This document shows positions 11,825 through 22,749 of a stretch of DNA of 64,000 nt, piece by piece. The number at the start of each line of letters is the position of its first letter. Within the stretch, counting starts at the first letter, position 1. The translations under genes and the position numbers were made by a program. Origin of the DNA: Kudoa neothunni (lineage: Eukaryota > Animalia > Cnidaria); assembly GCA_964304625.1 (NCBI GenBank), contig OZ199839.1, positions 8,526,560 through 8,590,559 on the forward strand, given 5' to 3'. The notes under the pieces were generated by a model, which had not been told where the DNA came from, did no database searches, and saw nothing but the letters and a program-made list of their open reading frames with translations.

Positions 11825-14800
11825 ATGTTATACATATTGTTGTTTTTAATCTTTATATTGGAAAAACAAGCAGATACTGTGAGAGACATAGCGTATGGTG
11901 ACAAAACATCATTCCAATTGAAAATCGGAGAAAAATTTGCTTCCGTAAAATATGGTCCACCCTTATTTGGATTTGACCTAGCATCAAAAACCGATGGAAC
12001 GTAATTCAATAGATTCGTTGGTCATTCAATTTTAATGTATTGAAATAGATTAATTATATCAGCCCCATTAGCTAAGACAGAGAAGAGCGAAATTTATCCA
12101 GTCGGGAGGGTTTTTTGAATGTGAATTTCCCGCCAATATCGGAGAAATAAATCTATGCAGCAAAAAAATTGAAAACTTGGAAGGTAAAAAATGCACATTC
12201 CGATTGTCCATCATCTATCATTATTATTTAGAAAGATACACCAACAAGACTGAGGGAGCACTATTGCTCGGTTATACTGTTACCAAGATTGCGTCCGATT
12301 TATTTTATGTAAAAGGATAATTGTATTGAATTTCATTCGGTTAAAATAAATAGATATGTACTCCAAACAGTGTGTTTTCATTTGTTCCTCCTATCGCAGT
12401 GAGACAATGTTATGTATACGATTCCACGAATCAGAAAATTTCATTGGGTGTCATGTCAAGTATAATTGATTGTGGCTAACTCTAATAGACGTTAAAATAA
12501 TAGATTATGGGGACACACTTGGATCGATTTCCTATTCCCCTGGAGATGATGGTTGTGTTATAGTTGGAAGTGAGTTCACCAATATATTGTAAATATTTTC
12601 TAATCCAATATATACTTTGACTATTTGATATATGAATTAGTACAAACTATATTCGACATATATGTTACCGAAAAAACCAAACTGATTACTATATTGTGGA
12701 CACACAAAGAAAAATAGATATTTTATCCTATAGTAATTACTTTGATAAATAGAAAATTAATTCACTACTTTTTATTAGCATGGACAGATATTTCTTATTT
12801 CAAGCTGAAAGGATACAGTAATTTCTAGTTCAAATAAAAACTATTAGTTATCATTATACATAGCAATATACCAAGTAGCAATACCATTTTCGAATGAAAC
12901 CCAAAATGCTGTATTCAATTATATGGCTATTTAAACCTATTGATTATTCGAATTTTGAATAGGTGGCTTTGATCTACTATAACGACGAAGGAGCTTTAAT
13001 TAATAGAACCCGCAGAAAACTTTTGTCAGATGATAAAGGATCGGTTACATAAAATTATTAAACGAATATTTTTCTATAATACTGATTTAGAGAAATTCTC
13101 ACACAGCCAGCACAATAATTACAGTTAAAAGAGGAAATAAGTAAAATTTAATTCTTGAAAGAAAACTAAAGAAACATGGTTTACTATAGTGAGTATATAT
13201 TTATATATTCGGCCCCATTTGCGGGCCACTCAAAGGGTCTTGTCGCAAGCACAAATGATTTGAGCCAAGAAGAAATTCCCACTACTATAGTAGAGGGAGA
13301 AAAGAGAGGGGATGTTTTTGGATATTCGATGTGTTTGGTCGGTAATATAGATGGCCAGTTTGATCAAGGTGATTGTCACTATAATTATCTATAATTCAAT
13401 CAACGTCCATTAGATTTGGCTGTATTGGCCCCCTACGCTGGAGACGATGGCACTGGTGTTTTATATATAATTCCTATTTTGGCTGATCTGATAGGATCGG
13501 ATTATTATTCAGTATATTTTAAATGTACAATTGTTGTATATGATCTTAAACTCATCATTGATAATAAAAATAATAAATTTATATTGTACCAATCAAAAGT
13601 CATTTAGAAGTCTATTTTGAGTCAATATTATCCGGATTTAAACAAAGATATCATTGCTTTCAACATATATGGCGGCTATGATATAAATAAGGATGGCATA
13701 AATGGTCATTCTTACAGTTTATTATTTATTTTTATATATTTACAAATTTAGATATGTTAACATCAATATCCACCAATAAAGGAGATATACGTGGGCTTAT
13801 GTATTTAAATTTTCAATAATTACTCTGTATAATTCTTAAATCTAGTTTAAAAATTCCAATGGCTATTTCCATTGAAAAAACTAATCACACTTTATATTAT
13901 GGATTTCCGGGAACTGGATGTTTGGTGGATTTTTTTGGATATTTCTGGTATTTTATTTTTAAATAATCATATATTGTACATATAAAATATGGTTAATTAT
14001 ACTATCTAAACTAAATCAGATATAAAAATTGTGTGAATTTAGTAATAATTACAAATTGATGATATACCTTTCATTCATCGAGAAAAATATATATGATATC
14101 AATCTGCTTTCGGCTCAAAGTATGTTTATTTCAACTTATTCATAAATATAATATTAAAACATTAGAATTTTTCATAACTATTGAATTAAAGCCACCTGTG
14201 AAATTTAACGAATATTATAAATTACTATATAAGAATGAACTAATTTCAAAATACCACATTGAAGTTGAATTTAAAAAATTCCCATCCACAAAAGAATTGT
14301 CGACATCTATAGACCTATCCATATATTCCAACCAATACATGAAATATCATGACATTGACCAACTTAAGGTTCATATATCTATGAAGAACAAAACTTCAAA
14401 TGAATATGAAATTGGAAAATATTTAATTTATGCAGATCCTTTCCACCAAGTGATATCTTTAAAATCTAGATTATGTTCCCACCCCATAAAAGAATGTGAG
14501 GCAAATATTAAACTGGTAACATCGGCCTATGAAATAGAAAAGTAAATTATTTATATGTTTAATTTATAAAAATCAAATTATAAAATATAAATATAGCGCT
14601 AATGATACTTTGGTGGCGGGTAAAACAAACGTTATTGCCCTTCAATTTAATCTAATAAACACTGGGAAACCTACTTATGGTGTGGGACTTGGTTTAAATA
14701 TATCAAAAAATGTCACTCTTCTCTCATGTATCTCAACAGAATTCAGCGTAAACTTTTCGTCTAGCTGTAATTAATATAAATAAATTAGGTTTCACTGGAT

Positions 14801-16013
14801 CGAACACTGATACACGGTGATAGATTAGAAAAACGGGTTTTCGCATTGGGAAATTTTACCCTTATTGTAATATAACAATTTATCAGTTGACTTCTAATAT
14901 GACAACGATATAGATGGAATTAATTTGCTATTTGCGAATTCAAGAAGGAACCAATCCCGAAATCATCACATACTCAATGTTATCCCCTTTTTTGATATAA
15001 CATAATTATTTTTAACGTTAGATATGATTCGTTCCTTTTTGATAAGGAAATTGCCGTTGTAAAGGATGAATCTGTTTATTTACAATGGACTTGTAGAACA
15101 ACATATAGCATAGAATCGTAATATTTATTCTCTCCAAATATAAACTCAATCAAAATTTTCATATATTCTATATTTATTTAATTATTCATTTATTCATGAA
15201 CAACTAGGGAAATCACCCCAGATGTAATTCATGTTGTTGGGAGTCAAGCATCAAATATTATTATACGTCATCGAATAATAGTAAAAGATAATTTGATTAT
15301 ATTAATAAAATCAAATTTATAATAGGTCAATAATTTTGGTCCAGCTGTCTTAAAAAATGCTACAGTGGACTACGTTAAGAAGAGTTACGATATTCATAAA
15401 AAATTTATCGAATTTATTTCTATTAGTGTATCCAGTACTGTTAAGTTCAGTATAATCTAACTATATTATGTGTAGTGTAAAGATGTCCAATACCGTAAAG
15501 ACTCAATTATAATTCCTGATTGCAAAGACAAAAATTGTATGAAAGAAGCAGAAATTATTGAGTGTGTGAACTTGACCATCCCTAAATTCAACAATGTTGA
15601 AATTGTCGTCCTTTTCAATATTCTAAACACATCCATATCGTTCTTTGTAAGAATACTTTAATTTTCTTTTCTCCTAGTCACTCACTATAGGAATCTTCAT
15701 CTAATGATGTTAACGTTGAAACAGAAATTCTACTGGCTGGGGATAATTGTGAAGTGAATGGGCAACCTGGATATGTATCATTTGCTTGATTAATTTGTTA
15801 ACTCAATCAAATTTAAGGAAATGCTTGTACTTGGAGGATCACTAAAAGAAAAGCTAAAACTATGGATACTTATAGTTGCCATACTATGCGCGCTTTTTGT
15901 TGTTCTCATCATTATATTAATTCTTCATTTTGTAAAGACAAATTTGTGATGGGTGAAATTAGTTTATTTTCATTTAGTGTGGAGTATTCAAGAAAAAAGA
16001 TTATTCTAATTGA
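11825..16013 (+). CDS. Integrin alpha-like subunit, paralogue 2
   Basis: ATG 11825 (MLYILLFLIFIL..); YGPPLFGFDLA..LIISAPLA; VFGYSMCLVGNIDGQFDQDLAVLAPYAG; GGYDINKDGIND; VNNFGP; TM LWILIVAILCALFVVLIIILILHF; tail CGVFKKKDYSN-TGA. One extra T in the T6 run at 12111-12116 breaks GRVFECEFP (probable assembly error). Confidence 0.88.
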
Positions 16014-17290
16014 ATTCGAATAAAAGATTATTTTAATCAAGAATATAAAAACAATTCATTTTCAATAATAAAAAATAATTATTAAGTCAGTATATTTTTT
16101 GGCGTATTGTTACAATTATGCTAAAATTGCATTTAAACTAACGTAGAGTTTTTTATATTAACACCTTAATAACAAATATTTTTATTAAATATTTACGTCT
16201 TTTAATATATATGAATATATTGAGAAAAATAATAATTAAACGCGTACAAAAATTCAGGACGGAATTATAATCTATTTTTGTGTTGCGCGAGCGTAGTGTT
16301 ATCATTCATTATTATTAAAGATTATAAAATAGATTACTAAAAATTACCAATTATTAACAAATTTAAAGTATCCTATTTTTAAATAATAAATCTCATTCAG
16401 TATCGTTTATTATAAGATATGTTCCATATAAAAACAAAATTGATTTGTTATAAAATTGTGAGTTTATTTATATTTTACCAAAAATATGAAATCAACGAAT
16501 GATAACACATTTAAATGGTTATTATATTCGACATTTAAATTTATTTTAAAGATACGATAACGGCGATTATCGGACCTTTTCATGACGTAGTCTGGATTTT
16601 GTTATCACGAAAAACAGGATCGGGAGAGCAATGCAAGGTTACTCAAAATAAATTATTTATGAATCTTAAAATGATTAAAATCAATATGTACTGAAAACAT
16701 TTTTTTTAAAGATACCTGAATGATATTTTTTGCTCAAAAAGATAATGAATAACTTCAAATATATTGGACAATTATTTGATAATCAATTTTTATAACTAAG
16801 AAAAAAAATAAATCTATTCATTATGATTTCAAAACAATACTGTAGAAAATTAATATATGGTAGATAATACATTTGTAACTTTTATCACTAAAACGATTAT
16901 AGGAAGCGCCATCAGTTTAGTTTAAAATTCGTCAGAGCTAAATTCAATCTTATCGCATTATATGAATACGATAGAAAATATTATCTAAATACATTAAAAT
17001 ACAGGATTTATCAGAATAATTTATCTTCTAACTATATAAGAATTAATCAAAAATAAAAATATATTTTTTATGAATTAATAAATAAATAAATTATGAGTCT
17101 GAGGAAATAATGGTTTTTTAAAACAAACCAATAAAATATAGTATTCAACAATAAGATTAATATTTTCACTAAATTTTAAAATTTTACTTAAAGATATCTT
17201 TTAAAAAGGCGATAAATTATAAAAAGGATAATATAATATTTATAACTCGCCTATCAGAGAATTGCGAAAACCTCTGATTGTAGTCATAAA

Positions 17291-18370
17291 ATGGATAATG
17301 CTAGGACAACTTCAAATAATATAGGTAGAGATCCAGGTACAATTGGTCTATTTTGTATGTTGTCTATTTTTTGCTTCCTCAATCTCCTACTGTGTACCAT
17401 ATTGATTGTTGGATTGGTGAAAGGAAATTTGATCTCGAATCCAATCCAAAAATGCAACTTGGGTGTTTATATAATGATATATGTTGTCGTGGCTATAATA
17501 CCAATCGATATTTATGGTCAATTTTTCAACCCTTCATATGGGAGTATCCATGTATGTAGGTTATCTACCTACCTTAACAACCTGTATCTCTACGGCAACA
17601 CTGCTCTCTTAAATATGGTTTCAGTTTTTCGTTATTATGCTGTTTGCAGACCAACTCAATATTTGCATATATGCCAACACTCAAAATGGATTTTAGTTAT
17701 AGTGATAATACTGATTAATTTGTTGACTATCCCACATATGTGGCTCTACAGTATAATTCAGGATGGGCAAATAAAGGTAAAAATCTTATTATTTATTTGA
17801 TTTATTTAAAACAATATAGATATATCTTTATTTATATATATATTAGGTTTGCGATGTAGTCCCATCAAAAGAAAGAATAAAAAGAGTAATATACACCATT
17901 CAAATATTAATGGTGTATCTATGGACCACTGTGACAATAATTACCACTCAATGTAAAATCTACAGAGAGTATAGTCTAATGGAACGAATGAATAACAGTA
18001 ATGATACGGAACGTTCCCTCTCCCAACAGAATACACCTGTATAGTTTTGATTATTGATTACAAATAATAATATAGTTATAATTTGAAGAATGACTCACTC
18101 AATCAAGATAGTGGCAGTGGAAATAAATTGTCATACTTCAACAAAGTATTCTTATATTTGGCTTTAAATGCAGTCATCTTCCTTGTTGTGTATTCACCTT
18201 ATTCGATGGTGAAATTATTGATTATTCACTCGTTCAATCTGAACCCAAATATATACAAATATTGCGCTGTTTGCGTGATGTGTTACCCACTGTTATATTC
18301 AATAATGAACCTTGTGTTTGACTGTTCGTTACGAAATTCCCTAAAAACAATATTTCATATTCGAAGATAA
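17291..18370 (+). CDS. Divergent rhodopsin-like (class A) 7TM receptor, ~319 aa; exons 17291-17776, 17847-18038, 18089-18370
   Basis: Seven hydrophobic segments; Cys at the top of TM3 and in ECL2; SVFRYYAVCRP (DRY-equivalent); FLVVYSPY in TM6; GT-AG phase-0 introns join into an open frame. Confidence 0.85.
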
Positions 18371-18651
18371 GCTGACACTATTCCACAAACAGATAATTTA
18401 AAAAGTTAAAAAAAATTTTGAATTGAATATTTTATTTTTATGAAATCTATCATTTCTCTTTACGTGTATAAAAAAAGATTAATATAATTTTTTATTTTTC
18501 GGTTGTAATTTAAATATAATTAAAATAATTAATAAATAATGTTATATTTTTTACTAAAATATATTAATTATTCATATTCAATTAATTAAATTCTTATGTA
18601 TTTAATTAACCACATAATAAAGCATAAAAGAGAAATATTCTATAACTAATA

Positions 18652-21600
18652 CGGTCGAGCCCGGTTTATCCGAAAATGTTGGGACCTGGCATTTTCCTCT
18701 CAGAAACTGAAATTTCGGCTAAACAAAGTTCGGTGTGTGCGCATGTGCGAAGAGAAAAAAATTGGGGGTTGGTTACATATTTTATTTTTATTGTTCAATA
18801 TTCGTTTTATATTTTGAAAGAAATTATACTAGGGAATAAAATGTGAAAACATTATTTTAAGGTACATCACTTCTAGATCCAACGTAGTCAGCGCACGCAT
18901 GCTGCAGATATGTACGACCTCGGCACCGTTGCGCCATATTAGAAAGATATATTCTAGATTTTAAAGAGGGGACTATTATTATTATTAATTTTTTATAATT
19001 TCATCCCTATTTGGATATTTGAGCTGTATTAATAATAATGGTAACAATAATTAAAGGAACAATGAGAAACATTTTCTCAGAGTTCTCCATAACGGTATTT
19101 TGAATTTCTTTTTTAACTCTCCGAGTAGAATAGGGTGTATTTCCACTCTAGGAGATTGTTGATGAAATTTTCCCCATTACAAACGCGATAGATACAATTA
19201 ATGTTTCTGCTAATCTTTTAAACTTATGTAATACGTAAAAAGCGAAAACAAAATTTTAATTTTTGTTGTTGTGACTTAAATTAACGCCAAAATAGCATCC
19301 GAGTAAAATTGGGATGTAAATACACCCCAGGGTTTTTTTGATAAAATTATTTATAATGTTTTAAGAAATATATTTGAAACTTTTTAGATAATTCTAATTG
19401 TAAAATAACCCTTAAATTGACAATAAATTATTCAGTTTACTGAATGCACTAGCGCAAAAAGTAATGAGTTCTCGTGATTATAATTTCTTATTTGATGATA
19501 ATATATCATAAGATATTGAAGGTTATACCACGAATGTACCATTAGACTCATTAGTTAATAAAAATGGAGTGATATGGACAGCTGAAAATATTATTAATAA
19601 TCGTCCTGGCGTTTCTCCTCACATACGTCAAAATGTTAACGATGTTATTGATACTCTTAAGGTGTTATTTAACCATGAAATGTACAAGGTTATTTTAAAA
19701 TTTATAAATCAATATGGAGAAAAATTGTTTGGTCATGCTTGGATAAAATTAAATGACAACGAACTTGATGGCTTCATCAGATGTTTAATTTTAATGAGTA
19801 TATATAGAGACAACCATGAACCTGTTAAGGAATTGTTTGGATCTGAAGAAGGTCGAAAAATATACCGCGATCACTAGTCGCTAACAAGATTTCGACAAAT
19901 TATAGGGGCATTTCACTTTGATGACTCAGAAACTAACTTACTTGAGAAAAGTTAACGACAAATTTTGCCGTATGGGGACTCTTTGGGTTGATTTACTTAA
20001 TCGTAGCTTTCACCCATATGAAGATCTCTGCGTCGACGAACAACTAGTTGCATTCAGAGGTCGCTGCGAATTCAAGAAATATATGCTGATGAAGCCTGTC
20101 AAGTATGGGATTAGGTTTTTATTATTGGTTGACCCTAGATCAACATATGTTTGAAATTCGTCCGTCTATTTGGGTAAGCGGTCTTGGAATGATACAAGAA
20201 CCGTTATTGTTGGAAAAACCATTGTTTGTGACAACTTTTTTACGTTAAATGAGTTTGCTGATGAATTTCTAAGTAGAAAACTTACAATTATTTGAACTAT
20301 GTGTGCAAACAAACGTGATATTCCATTCTATCTGCGACCGTAAAGAGATACCCCGTTATATTCAAATTTTTTTGTATTTTATAACAAAAAGATGATATTA
20401 AGTTATTTAACGAGGAAGGACAAGCCTATCTATATGCTTTGTTCATCTTTAAATAACACACACTGCAATTGAAGCGCCATTTAAGTCCGACATTGTATCG
20501 CAGTATAATTCGATAAAAGGGGGAATTGATACCATCTCAAGGGTATTGGCTTCAGTTAGTGTTAGAAGAATCAATCATCGCTGGTCATTAATTGTGTCTT
20601 TCAATATAATCGATATTACATTGATAAATGCCTTTTGCATATTCAAAGAACTCTTTTTTTCTGAAAGTCTTAGAAGAAAAGATTTCATAAAAATAATGAT
20701 TGAACAAATGAAATGTCATATGTTGTCACGAAAAAATGACAAGAAAACTTCTTCAAAGTGTGGAGTTTGTGCTAATTTTTATGTGTATTTGTTATAACTC
20801 TTGTAATAAATAATACACATATTATTTTGTTTATTTTTATATGTATTTAAAGTTCTAAAGAATTAGTCAATTTTGTTTATACGTATACTGTTGAGCATTA
20901 ATTGATTCATGTAAAGTTTTCTGAGCACCAGAAAATCCAAGTATACCCACGTAGGCGCACCGAATGTTTAACATTGTTTTTTCTTTAATTACTCAAAAAT
21001 TACTTGACACAAATTTTTCTCATTACATGGGAATAATTACCTATTATTTTCCAATAATTTTGTTGGAAAAAACAACCTGGAGTGTATTTACACCTTAATT
21101 TTACTCCGAAGGTGTAACTTTTCGTGTGACTGAGAGGTTTAATTAAGATATGCCTTTTTCCAACAATTTAATATTGTTTAGTGATTGTTGCGACTCAATA
21201 AGACTTAAAAGTAGGGATGTTATGGGAAAAACAGATGTGTGAATGTTATTGAATTGGTCTTACGAAGTCATTTCTAGTTTATTAGTAAACAGCCACATAA
21301 ATTCCATTTTTTATATTATAATACTCATGAAAAGATTAAGGGAATTTGTTTTTACCCAACATTTATCTGTTCATTATCAATACGTTTGCATTTTGATCAT
21401 AAAATACTATATTATTTACGTTACGTTATCTCTATTAATCAAATATAAACTTAAATGGAATAAATAACGAGTGTATGCATCATAAAAATAAATGTAGGTT
21501 TCGTTTTAACTAGGCATTAGTTCCGATTTTAAGGCATGGCCATCCGGAATTTCCAGTAATAAGTTGCTTCGGTTAAACCAAACTTCCTTATTTAGAATCT

Positions 21601-21670
21601 ACATCATTTTCAAATAAACTTTAAACAACCTTTCGGATAGCCCCTTTATCCGAAAAACGGGGATCGACTG
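18652..21670. mobile_element. pogo/Tigger-like non-autonomous element hosting a nested piggyBac
   Basis: TA|CGGTCGAGCCCGGTTTATCCGA ... TCCGAAAAACGGGGATCGACTG|TA: imperfect TIRs with TA target duplication. Confidence 0.65.
19117..21138 (+). mobile_element. Decayed piggyBac transposon (transposase pseudogene ~19464-20797)
   Basis: LCVDEQLVAFRGRCEFKKYMLMKPVKYGIRF, CDNFFT, YNSIKGGID and RWSLIVSFNIIDITLINAF motifs, with stops and frameshifts; TTAA-bounded ends; subterminal inverted repeat GAGTAAAATT..TGTAAATACAC.CCAGG (19121, 19300, inverted ~21076-21112). Confidence 0.9.
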
Positions 21671-21901
21671 TAAATAAATTAGTATATCTTAGTTTCAATA
21701 TATTTAAATACGATCTTATTTAGGATTATGTTATCAAATTTTGTATTTCTATAAAATTTGTTTATTTAAATAACTAGAATTCTTCTTATTCTTTGGAATT
21801 TATCTTAAATTGTCTATTTAAAATAAAAATTCAAACTGAATTGAGTGATAAATTTTCATTAACAACTTTACAAAATATTCATTGTCCAGTATATAGCTAT
21901 G

Positions 21902-22343
21902 CTAGCTAAAAAGCCCCCCCCCCCTTTGCATGGGCTTCCTTGAGCAGACCAAGGTCATTTGAAGTTCAAAGTAAATCAAGAGTATTTAGATAAATAGTTC
22001 AAAGATTACCAAATTAACGGATGATTTATTTAACTAATTGGACCAATGAACCTTATTTAATATTTTTATAAACGAATAAACACTATGGTACGTTTAAAAT
22101 TAATTTTTAAAACTTTAACAAAATGATCTATTTGTTTGCATAGATCTTAAAATCAGACCAATCATACCACGTGAAAATGTGTTTAGTCATTTTGCAGAAT
22201 GCAAATCTTTTATAATTTTTTACGTATTTTTATGTGTTAAAATAAAATTTTATCTTTCCATATATATGCTCAAATGGAGCGATATGTCTTTATATAAAGA
22301 ATGAAAAATGCGTACACACACGGATTTCCAGTTTGCTTTATAT
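21902..22343 (-). mobile_element. Helitron 3' fragment, same family as 39110-40922
   Basis: Reverse complement aligns to 40250-40515 and 40772-40922; ends in CTAG after a decayed GC-rich hairpin. Confidence 0.7.
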
Positions 22344-22749
22344 CTTAGGATTAATAAAAGATAATTTCAATGTATATCATGTTATATTTTAAAACTTATC
22401 TCATTTTTACAAATAGTGCTCAACACGAGGTTTAATCGCACTAATAATTATCTAACACAAATATATTAGAATAATAGTTACAAATTGCTATCACAAAGGA
22501 AAAATGATAAATAAATGTTTTTATAAATAAAAAAATAATCATGGCGCTTAAAAATATGGTAAAGATCCATCTGTTGATAAATGTTATAAGATAGAATATT
22601 CAATTATTAATAACTATATTATAATTACTAATTCTATAATGTTTGTCAATTATAAATTATTAATACTATTCATACTCTAAATCAAATTCAATCAAATTGA
22701 AGAATTTAATTAGTGACGAATATTTTCGTCTATTCAATATAAAAATAGA

